The notes below the pieces were generated by a model. That model saw only the letters and a program-made list of their open reading frames with translations, did no database searches and had not been told where the DNA came from. DNA of 50,203 nucleotides from Pseudomonadota bacterium (GTDB taxonomy: Bacteria > Pseudomonadota > Alphaproteobacteria > Sphingomonadales > Sphingomonadaceae): assembly GCA_046730955.1 (NCBI GenBank), contig JBKPKE010000038.1:1-50203 (forward strand), read 5' to 3'. Position 1 is the stretch's first letter. Every line of letters starts with the position of its first letter. The position numbers and the translations under genes are program-made. Below are positions 20,377 through 28,242 of the stretch, piece by piece.

Positions 20377-21192
20377 ATGTCCCTGGTTCGTTTCGTGGCG
20401 CGCGCCGCCTTGCTTGCTCCGATGCTCGTCGGTTCGCCTGGCGTGCAGGCCGGTGTCGGCGATCTGTTGGTCGCTCCAACGCGCGTCGTCCTGAACGGCA
20501 GCCGGGGGACGGAGATCATCCTCAACAACATCGGCGACGACGTTGCGACATACCGCATCTCCGTTGAGCTGCGGCGGATGAATCCCGACGGGTCCCTCGA
20601 GGACGTGACCGATCCGAATGCGGAGGAGAAGCTCGCCGAGTCCATGATCGTTTACGCCCCGCGCCGGGTGACGCTTGCTCCCAACGAGCCGCAGACCGTC
20701 CGTATTTCCGCTCGCGCTCCGAAAGACCTGCCCGACGGAGAGTATCGCGTGCACCTGCTCTTCCGAGCCGTTCCACCGCCATCCCCGGTCGAGGTACCCA
20801 AGGATGTGAAGGGGATCGCCTTCAAGCTGACGACGATCTACGGCGTGACCATCCCAGTCATTGCACGCTTCGGAAATCTTCAGGCGAAGGCCGGAATTGC
20901 GGACGTGAAACTGACTCGCGAGGACGGCAAGCCCGCAGTCAGCCTCGAGCTGACCCGCGCCGGCGAGCGATCGACCTTCGGCGAAATCCGCGTGATGAAG
21001 GCGGGCATCAAGGACCCCATCGCCGTCCAGCGAGGCATCGCAGTTTATACCGAGATCGGCCAGCGCCACGTGATCATTCCGATCGAGGATCAATATGCAT
21101 CGGCCGCCACGGGTCGAGTTAAGGTTCAGTACGTGGAACCCAGCGACAACGGCCCTCTGACCATCGCTGAAACGGATGCGGTGCTGAACTAA
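20377..21192 (+). CDS. Periplasmic fimbrial chaperone-like protein (PapD_N/EcpB-like)
   Basis: Signal peptide; LLVAPTRVVL...LNN, YAPRRVTLAPNEPQTVRI, GEYRVHLLFRAVP and GVTIPVI patterns. Confidence 0.8.
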   Translation: MSLVRFVARAALLAPMLVGSPGVQAGVGDLLVAPTRVVLNGSRGTEIILNNIGDDVATYRISVELRRMNPDGSLEDVTDPNAEEKLAESMIVYAPRRVTLAPNEPQTVRISARAPKDLPDGEYRVHLLFRAVPPPSPVEVPKDVKGIAFKLTTIYGVTIPVIARFGNLQAKAGIADVKLTREDGKPAVSLELTRAGERSTFGEIRVMKAGIKDPIAVQRGIAVYTEIGQRHVIIPIEDQYASAATGRVKVQYVEPSDNGPLTIAETDAVLN

Positions 21193-21220
21193 GCGCCGGG
21201 GTCTGTGACGGGTTGATCCG

Positions 21221-23929
21221 ATGTTCGGCGCCGGCCGGAAGCTGGGAGCAGCAGCCTTGCTGGCGCTTTGTGGCGCCGGTGCCGCTGTGGCTCCAGCCGC
21301 AACACCGACCACCGACGGCTGGTCGCCCGATCCGGAAGCGCAATTCCTTCTCGACGTGAATTTGCGCCGTCTCCGCCTCGGGGACGGCGTTCGCGCCTAT
21401 CAGACTCCCGAAGGCACGTGCATCATCTTTGGCGATTTCCTGACCACGCTTGACGTGCCCATGAAAATCGATCTCGCCGCAAAGAAGGCCAGTGGTTGGG
21501 CGTTCAAGGAGCAGCATAAGATCTCCATCGACGCTGCATCGGGCGTTGTGACCTATGGGGACAAGACCGAGGCGCTGGCACGCGGAACAGTGCGCGAAAC
21601 TCCCGACGGCTGGTGTGTCGACAGCGCCGCTTTGTCCCGCTGGTTCGGAATCGGCGTGAAGAGCAACACGAACGCGTCGGCGCTGATCCTCGAATCCCAG
21701 GCCAAGCTTCCTGTCGAACTGGCGATTGAGCGGCAGCAACGGGCTTCCAGGATCAAGCCGGCCAGGTTCGACCTGACGACTCTCCCGCAGGTCAAGATCC
21801 CGTACCGCATGTGGCGCGCGCCTGCCCTAGACTTCGTCGCCAGTGCGGGCGTTACCTACAACGCCGCCACTGGTACGAAAGTGGATCGAACGGCCGCGGT
21901 CTATGCCGCAGGCGAGATAGCACGTCTTTCCTATGACGCTCGCCTTTCGACGGACGAGAAAGGCATGCCGAGCGCCTTTCGTTTCAGAGCGTATCGTTCC
22001 GATCCGGAAGCGAGTCTCCTTGGCCCGCTGAAGGCAACGCATTTCGGTTTTGGTGATGTCACCGGCTTCGATAGCGGCCTCACAGGCTCTTCTGCAGATG
22101 GTCGAGGAATCGTCCTTACCAATCGACCGCTCCACAATCCGACAGCCTTCGACAAGACTCGGTTCGAAGGGGAGCTACCGGCGGGCTGGGAAGCTGAACT
22201 CTATCGCAACGGAGAATTGATTGCGTTTGCGCATCCCGCGGCGGGGCAGCGTTATGTCTTTGAAGACGTGGCGCTTTTGTACGGCGAGAATCAGATCAGC
22301 ATCATCCTCTATGGGCCGCAGGGGCAGATTCGAACGCGCGAAGAAATGATCAATGTCGGCGAGGATAACGTACCCGCCGGAAAGACCTGGTATTGGGTTG
22401 GCGCAAACCAGCCCGGTCGCGAGCTTCTCACGCTCCAGCATTCGCCGGAGGACCTCACCCAGCCGAAAGCTCAGGCCGCGCTTTCAGTCGAGCATGGGAT
22501 CGATGATCGTACCAGCGTCGGAGCTCTCGCTCGGGCAATGCTGATTGGGGACGAGAAGGTAACCTTCGTCGAAGGGTCGGTGCGCCGGTCGTTCGGTCGA
22601 GCGCTCGTCGAGGTGGCCGCCGCGAGGGAGACGGGTGGTGGAGCGGCCGCTCGAGCGCAGTTCGCGGCCCGATTCGGCTCGGTGAATGTGCGAGGCAAAG
22701 CCGAGGTCGCCAATGATTTCCACATTGATGGCACGTCTCGAAAGACCGGCCAGAACTTTGAGCTGGCTGCGGACGCTCCCTTGACGCTTGGACGCAGAGT
22801 GATCTCGGCGCATTCGGACTTGAGAGTCATCAAGGGACGATCGTCGACCCAATTGGAAGCGGCGGCGCGGCTGTCGTCCACCTTCCATCGGTTCAATCTT
22901 GCGACCGAGGCGCGGTATCGGAAGGACTATCTTGCGCACGGGCCCGCGCCGCCTGGCCAGTTGGAGCTCGGGCTCATCGGGTCGGGAAGCATCGGAAACG
23001 TCCGTCTGCGCGGCTACGGAAGCGTGGACGTGACGCCGCGCGCGCGTTTCCGCACCGCTGAGCTTTCCGCCTATTGGTCGGCCAGCGATCATGCCGATTG
23101 GGAGGGGGCCGTCGGTTATGACGCGATCGTCGAGCGCGCGCACGCGCGCGTGACATACGTCCGCCGATTCAACAGCATGGCGGTCTCACTGACTGGCGAA
23201 GCCGCTACCGATGGATCGGTGGCGGCCGGCATCAATCTCAATTTCTCGCTGGATTCGGCGCATGACTTCCGCCTGTCCCGTGAGCTGCTTGCGGGAGCCG
23301 GAGCAGTTCGGGCGCGGGTGTACCGCGACCGCAACGACAATGGCGTGCGCGATCCGTCCGAGCCGTTTGAGAAGGGCGCGCTGATCACAACCGGTACACG
23401 ATTGGCGGATCGGCCGACGGACGATCGCGGCACGGTGCTGGTTGGCGGCCTGGCAACGTTCGAACCGGTCGCAGTCGGCGTGGATGCGAGCAGTCTTCAG
23501 GAGGCGACCCTCGTACCGCGGAAAGCCTTGCAGGTGGTGACGCCGCGACCAGGTGTGCCCGCCGAAGTCGAGATCGGTCTCGTCGGCGGCGGCGATATCG
23601 AAGGTGCGATCGTAAAGAACGGAGGCCTCGGCATCGAAGGGCTCGCGCTCGAACTTATCGACGCGTCCGGGCAGGTCGTTGCAAGAGCGCAGACAGATTA
23701 TGACGGCTACTTCCTATTCGAGCGCGCCGCCTACGGAAGTTACACGATTCGGGTGGCGGCCGAGTCAGCCTCCGCGGCCAGAATCCTCCCTGAGCTTCAT
23801 GCCACCGCGATCGTAAGCGAGGAAAAGCCCGTCATTCGATTGGGCTCCATCGGCGTGGTGCCCGTCCCTCGCGTCGCCTCAGGCGACCAGAAGTCGTCTG
23901 AGACGACTCTTTCTGCTATTGCGAATTAG
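21221..23929 (+). CDS. Outer-membrane usher-like protein with C-terminal SdrD-B/carboxypeptidase-regulatory-like domains
   Basis: 902 aa with a signal peptide. Usher plug-like segment FEGELPAGWEAELYRNGEL...FEDVALLYGENQISIILYGPQG; amphipathic beta-strands; YRDRNDNGVRD; TDYDGYFLFE...GSYTIRV. Confidence 0.7.
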   Translation: MFGAGRKLGAAALLALCGAGAAVAPAATPTTDGWSPDPEAQFLLDVNLRRLRLGDGVRAYQTPEGTCIIFGDFLTTLDVPMKIDLAAKKASGWAFKEQHKISIDAASGVVTYGDKTEALARGTVRETPDGWCVDSAALSRWFGIGVKSNTNASALILESQAKLPVELAIERQQRASRIKPARFDLTTLPQVKIPYRMWRAPALDFVASAGVTYNAATGTKVDRTAAVYAAGEIARLSYDARLSTDEKGMPSAFRFRAYRSDPEASLLGPLKATHFGFGDVTGFDSGLTGSSADGRGIVLTNRPLHNPTAFDKTRFEGELPAGWEAELYRNGELIAFAHPAAGQRYVFEDVALLYGENQISIILYGPQGQIRTREEMINVGEDNVPAGKTWYWVGANQPGRELLTLQHSPEDLTQPKAQAALSVEHGIDDRTSVGALARAMLIGDEKVTFVEGSVRRSFGRALVEVAAARETGGGAAARAQFAARFGSVNVRGKAEVANDFHIDGTSRKTGQNFELAADAPLTLGRRVISAHSDLRVIKGRSSTQLEAAARLSSTFHRFNLATEARYRKDYLAHGPAPPGQLELGLIGSGSIGNVRLRGYGSVDVTPRARFRTAELSAYWSASDHADWEGAVGYDAIVERAHARVTYVRRFNSMAVSLTGEAATDGSVAAGINLNFSLDSAHDFRLSRELLAGAGAVRARVYRDRNDNGVRDPSEPFEKGALITTGTRLADRPTDDRGTVLVGGLATFEPVAVGVDASSLQEATLVPRKALQVVTPRPGVPAEVEIGLVGGGDIEGAIVKNGGLGIEGLALELIDASGQVVARAQTDYDGYFLFERAAYGSYTIRVAAESASAARILPELHATAIVSEEKPVIRLGSIGVVPVPRVASGDQKSSETTLSAIAN

Positions 23930-23960
23930 TTGCCAGAGTTCCCGGCCGCTCGCCTGGGAA

Positions 23961-24047
23961 TGGTGCGGTCGAGAAGACTCGAACTTCCACGGCCTTTCGG
24001 CCACAGCGACCTCAACGCTGCGCGTCTACCAGTTCCGCCACGACCGC
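23961..24047 (-). tRNA. tRNA-Leu(GAG)
   Basis: Reverse strand reads GCGGTCG-TGGCGGAACTGGTAGACGCG-CAGCG-TTGAGGT-CGCTG, then a long variable arm, GTTCGAGTC and CGACCGC-ACCA. 87 nt, CCA encoded. Confidence 0.97.
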
Positions 24048-24162
24048 ACGTCATGAAGTTTGGAGGCGGCTGGACGCCGCAACTCCTTGGCAGGCGCGCG
24101 CCTCTAGCAAAGCCGTTCGGGCCGCGCAACGCCCTCACGAGAGTCTCTGCGCGGTACAATCC

Positions 24163-24179
24163 TTAAGAAGTTGTTTACC
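24163..24179. promoter_or_regulatory. Putative CtrA box upstream of the small exported protein
   Basis: TTAA-GAAGTTG-TTTACC. Confidence 0.55.
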
Positions 24180-24209
24180 TTTTGGTGCGGGCGCGTTTAG
24201 CACTGGGCC

Positions 24210-24431
24210 ATGCTTCTCGCTTTTCTCTCTGCAGCAGTCCTGCAGGCGGCCCCGGATTCAAGCGGCCCATCGGCCGCGCCAGTTTCTGCGAGCGCTACGG
24301 TGCGGATAATTCGAGCAGTCGAAATCCGGGCGGATCGGCTCGAGGCGACGCAAGAGAGCGTAAAGCGGACGTCAGCCCTACGCGAGCCTGACGGAACGGT
24401 TAGAAGCGCGACCCTGATCGAATTTTATTAG
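24210..24431 (+). CDS. Small exported hypothetical protein (73 aa) with pilin-like terminal strands
   Basis: Hydrophobic N-terminus MLLAFLSAAVLQAA; SASATVRIIR motif; ends LIEFY. Confidence 0.6.
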   Translation: MLLAFLSAAVLQAAPDSSGPSAAPVSASATVRIIRAVEIRADRLEATQESVKRTSALREPDGTVRSATLIEFY

Positions 24432-24435
24432 AAGT

Positions 24436-25311
24436 TCAGGCTTTCGGCTCGCCAAGGGTGACGGTGAGCTCTTCGGCCGTCGGAGGGATGTTCAGCTCCG
24501 CGCTGTTAAAGCTGGTGCTTCCGCCCGGCCCAATGGTTCGCGCGGGCGGTGGGATGGTCCAGCTGTAGACCACCTTGCCCGCCGAATCGTGCAACTGCGC
24601 ATGGATCGGCGGCACTTTCTGCTGCCGGTCCGTCGGATTGATGATCCGCCCGCTGATGTTGAGAAATTCGTTCCCGCTAGCGAGCTGCGTCCGATCGCTG
24701 TGCGTCATCATCAACTGCAGCGGCGTGTCTCCAGCGGCGGTGAGGCCCAGGCGCTGTCGCCACTCGGGTGGAGCGAAGAACCATAGGCCCGCGACCACCG
24801 CCGCGATGACCAGCACCAACAGGGTGACCAGCAGGATCCGGCTGCGCGGCTTGGCCTCGACGGAGTCACGACGCGCAAAGGGGCTGAAATCGTCGTTCTC
24901 GCTCCATTCCAGGCGACCGGAAGGAGCGGCCTCGGCAAGGCCGGTAACGTCTGCTTCCGGAGGGATGGGTGGAGGCGCCGGTGCTTCGGCAAGCGCTTCT
25001 TCCTGAGAGGGCTCCTCCGCGAGCGGCTCAGCATAGCCCGCATATTCGGATTGCCCAGCCGCCTCGTCGGCGGCCTCATCAGGCGCCCCTGCTTCCGAAT
25101 AGCCGGCTTCTGCTGCGGCTTCCTCGGGGACGGGATCTTGCGGGACCGGAGCCTCGTACGGCTCGTCGGTCTGCATATCTGCCGAAGCGCCTTCCGGGAT
25201 CTCGCGCCAGCTGTGCCCGCACGCCTTGCAGCGGACCTGTCGGCCCCCGGGCGGAATGGCGCCGTCCTTCACGACATATTGGGTGCCGCAGGAAGGGCAG
25301 GTGAGGATCAT
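24436..25311 (-). CDS. zitP: Zinc-ribbon/TM/DUF3426 polarity protein, ZitP-like
   Basis: MILTCPSC...VRCKACGHSW (MJ0042-type Zn finger), acidic linker, TM helix and a periplasmic DUF3426-like domain; divergent from ftsE. Confidence 0.75.
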   Translation of the reverse strand: MILTCPSCGTQYVVKDGAIPPGGRQVRCKACGHSWREIPEGASADMQTDEPYEAPVPQDPVPEEAAAEAGYSEAGAPDEAADEAAGQSEYAGYAEPLAEEPSQEEALAEAPAPPPIPPEADVTGLAEAAPSGRLEWSENDDFSPFARRDSVEAKPRSRILLVTLLVLVIAAVVAGLWFFAPPEWRQRLGLTAAGDTPLQLMMTHSDRTQLASGNEFLNISGRIINPTDRQQKVPPIHAQLHDSAGKVVYSWTIPPPARTIGPGGSTSFNSAELNIPPTAEELTVTLGEPKA

Positions 25312-25434
25312 GCGCCAACCATCCTGCTTTTCGGCCTCCCTTCCGGCGTTTGTGCAGGATAAACAGTAATGCGCGCCCATTGGCAAGGCGGCGGGCGCGT
25401 GCAACAAGCCATTGCAGATGGGAGGGGCGGGCTT

Positions 25435-26148
25435 CTGTCTGCAATCGTCGAATTCGATAGCGTCGGTTTGCGTTACGGTACGGGAGCCGAGGTCCTGCGG
25501 GATCTTGATTTCCGGCTGGCCAAGGGCGGCTTTTATTTTCTGACCGGCCCATCAGGCGCAGGCAAAACGTCTCTGCTGCAGCTTCTCTATCTAGCGCGGC
25601 GGCCTACCCGCGGTCGGATTCAGCTGTTTGGGCAGGATATCAGCGATGCTTCGCGCGACGTTCTTCCCGACTATCGCCGCCGGATCGGCGTCGTATTCCA
25701 GGACTTCCGCTTGATCCGGCATCTGTCGGCGTTCGACAACGTGGCCTTGCCGCTGCGCATCGCGGGCAAGAGCGACGCGGAGGTTGAGGGCCCTGTTCGG
25801 GAGATGCTTGCCTGGGTCGGGCTGGCCGACCGCGCGAGCGCCAGGCCGCCGACCCTTTCCGGCGGAGAGCAGCAGCGTGTGGCGATCGCTCGGGCGGTGG
25901 TCAGCCAGCCTGAACTGCTGGTCGCCGACGAACCCACTGGAAACGTGGATTCTGAAATGGCGGCTCGGCTTCTGCATCTGTTCACGGCGCTCAATCGGCT
26001 CGGGACGACAATCGTCGTGGCGACGCATGACATCGGCCTGATCACAAGCACGCCGGGGGCGCGCCTGATGCGCCTGGAGAAAGGAACATTGGGCGACCCG
26101 ACCGGCGCCTTGCGCAATCCACCAGCCGAACCGGTGCGCGCCGGATGA
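25435..26148 (+). CDS. ftsE: Cell division ATP-binding protein FtsE (probable CTG start)
   Basis: GPSGAGKTS, IGVVFQDFRL, LSGGEQQRVAIARA and ADEPTGN; upstream of ftsX. Confidence 0.93.
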   Translation: MSAIVEFDSVGLRYGTGAEVLRDLDFRLAKGGFYFLTGPSGAGKTSLLQLLYLARRPTRGRIQLFGQDISDASRDVLPDYRRRIGVVFQDFRLIRHLSAFDNVALPLRIAGKSDAEVEGPVREMLAWVGLADRASARPPTLSGGEQQRVAIARAVVSQPELLVADEPTGNVDSEMAARLLHLFTALNRLGTTIVVATHDIGLITSTPGARLMRLEKGTLGDPTGALRNPPAEPVRAG

Positions 26149-27023
26149 AGCCGACCTTCTTTGCGGCCTCCGAGGCGGAAAGCCGGCTGCTCCCGGGGGG
26201 CACGTTCCACGGCCCTGCCCCCTATGTGATCGCGATCATGACTTTCGTAATGATGATCGTGGCCGCGGCGGGCTTGACGCTCGCCAATGCGGCCGGCGTT
26301 GTCGCTCGCGCGGTCGAGCATCGCTACGTCCTGCAGCTTCCAGACGCTCGCGACGGAAAAGTGGAACGGGCCGTCGCAGTGGCACGCTCCCTGCGCGGCG
26401 TTGCTGGCGTCGAAGCTGTACCGGAAGAGCAAATGCGCAGAACGCTCGAGCGCTGGGTCGGTCCGGGCGGATTAGGGGACGATCTCCCGGTACCAGCGAT
26501 CATTCACATCGACCTCGCTCCCGGTTCTAATGCGATTCTCGCGGGTCAGGATCTCCAGCGCGGGGTCCCCGGCTCCCGCTTCATTGCTGAACAGACAACG
26601 GTCCAGCCTCTGTTAGGCTCGCTTCGGGCGCTGCGCTGGCTGGCAGCGTCGCTCGTTCTCCTAATGGCCGCCGCAACCTCGGCTGCAGTTGTTCTCGCGA
26701 CCAGGAGCGCGCTGGATACTCATCGATCGACGATCGACATCATGCATGGGGTCGGCGCGACCGACGCCCAGATCGCGCGGCTATTCCAACGAAAGATCGC
26801 ACTGGACGCTTTGGTCGGAGCTATTGGCGGTGCAGCGGTCGCGGCAATCGCACTTCTTTTAGTGGGTGGCGGGGGGGCCGCGCTCGCAAGGGACATCGCC
26901 GGCACAGCGCCCCTCCGGACCGGGGATCTGCTCATCCTGGCCATGATGCCTTTGGCTGCAGCGCTGCTAGCAACGCTTGTTGCGCGCGCAGCCGTGCTCA
27001 GTGCATTGCGCAAGGCTCCATGA
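26145..27023 (+). CDS. ftsX: Cell division permease FtsX
   Basis: 4-TM topology; HRSTIDIMHGVGATDAQIARLFQ motif; coupled to ftsE. Confidence 0.88.
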   Translation: MKPTFFAASEAESRLLPGGTFHGPAPYVIAIMTFVMMIVAAAGLTLANAAGVVARAVEHRYVLQLPDARDGKVERAVAVARSLRGVAGVEAVPEEQMRRTLERWVGPGGLGDDLPVPAIIHIDLAPGSNAILAGQDLQRGVPGSRFIAEQTTVQPLLGSLRALRWLAASLVLLMAAATSAAVVLATRSALDTHRSTIDIMHGVGATDAQIARLFQRKIALDALVGAIGGAAVAAIALLLVGGGGAALARDIAGTAPLRTGDLLILAMMPLAAALLATLVARAAVLSALRKAP

Positions 27024-27553
27024 TCGCGCGCTTCCTTTCGTTCCTGGTTCTTCTTTACGCTCTCGGCTTCATCCTTTTTGGGGTAACGCTCGGGCGACCG
27101 GCTAAGCCTGACCAGAAGACCGACGCGACCATTGTCATCACCGGCGGTGCAGGCCGCATCGAACAGGCCATGGAAGTCCTGGCCGGGGGGCTGACCAAGC
27201 GCGTCTTTATCGCCGGAGCTGATCCGCTGGTGACGAAAAAGGACCTCGTTGAGCGTCTGGGAGGCAAGGCGCGTCTCATCCGCTGCTGCGTCGATCTTGG
27301 AAGCGAGTCCGTCGATACGCGCTCCAATGCGGAGGAAGCACAGCGCTGGCTTGCTAAGCACAGGTACAAATCGGTCAGGCTGATCACGAGCGATTGGCAC
27401 ATGCGCCGCGCGCTGTACGAGTTCGAGCGCGTGCTCGATCAGAAATATGATCTGGTCCCGGATGCAGTGCCAACCGAGCCGGGATTCGCGACACTGTTCT
27501 CCGAGTACAATAAGTACCTGCTGCGGCGCCTCGCCGTATGGGCCGACATGTGA
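27020..27553 (+). CDS. YdcF/DUF218 family protein
   Basis: VITGGAGRI, DTRSNAEE, LITSDWHMRRA and SEYNKY motifs. Confidence 0.88.
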   Translation: MIARFLSFLVLLYALGFILFGVTLGRPAKPDQKTDATIVITGGAGRIEQAMEVLAGGLTKRVFIAGADPLVTKKDLVERLGGKARLIRCCVDLGSESVDTRSNAEEAQRWLAKHRYKSVRLITSDWHMRRALYEFERVLDQKYDLVPDAVPTEPGFATLFSEYNKYLLRRLAVWADM

Positions 27554-28242
27554 TCAGGGGCATTGCCTATGCCCTGGTCTTCTATCCGGCGACGTTTTTC
27601 TACGTGCTCGCCTGTATGGTCGCGAGCTTGTTCGGGTCGAAGCCGTTGCGTTCGGTAGTCCACGCCTGGGCCGATTATCACCATGAGCTGGCGCGGCTGC
27701 TGGGAACGGACCTAGTCGTCAAGGGGAGAATTCCGCCGGGAGCATCGCTCATCGCCGTAAAACACCAGTCGATGTTCGAGACATTGGAAATGGTGCGCCT
27801 GGCTAACACGCCGGTGATTGTCCTGAAGCGCGAGTTGTCGGTCATCCCGGGATTCGGCTGGGCAACACGGCGTTATGGCGTCATTCCCGTCGATCGGAAG
27901 GCTGGCGCGAAGGCCCTTCGGGAAATGGTCGCTCGCGGGAAAGAGGCCAGTGTTTCAGGCAGGCCGATCATCATCTATCCGGAGGGGACTCGCGTGAAGC
28001 CGGGAGAATTTCCTCCGCTGCAATCGGGATTTGCGGGACTCTACCGCGCGCTCGGTCTGCCCGTTGTCCCGGTCGCAGTCGACAGCGGGCGGCTATGGGG
28101 ACCCAATCTTCCCAAAGGCAAAGGTGCTGTGCATTTCGTCATCGGCGAACCGATTCCGTCTGGATTGAAGCGCGAAGAGATCGAGGCGCGGGTGCATGGT
28201 GCGATCAACGCTCTCGAATCAGGTCCGCAGTCGAGCGCGTAG
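27550..28242 (+). CDS. plsC: Lysophospholipid (1-acyl-G3P) acyltransferase
   Basis: KHQSMFET and IYPEGTR motifs; GTG start overlapping the ydcF stop. Confidence 0.85.
   Translation: MIRGIAYALVFYPATFFYVLACMVASLFGSKPLRSVVHAWADYHHELARLLGTDLVVKGRIPPGASLIAVKHQSMFETLEMVRLANTPVIVLKRELSVIPGFGWATRRYGVIPVDRKAGAKALREMVARGKEASVSGRPIIIYPEGTRVKPGEFPPLQSGFAGLYRALGLPVVPVAVDSGRLWGPNLPKGKGAVHFVIGEPIPSGLKREEIEARVHGAINALESGPQSSA

Noticed and set aside
18901-24047. Fibre locus as a tRNA-integrated genomic island
   Set aside because: No integrase, no direct att repeat, and composition similar to flanking core genes.
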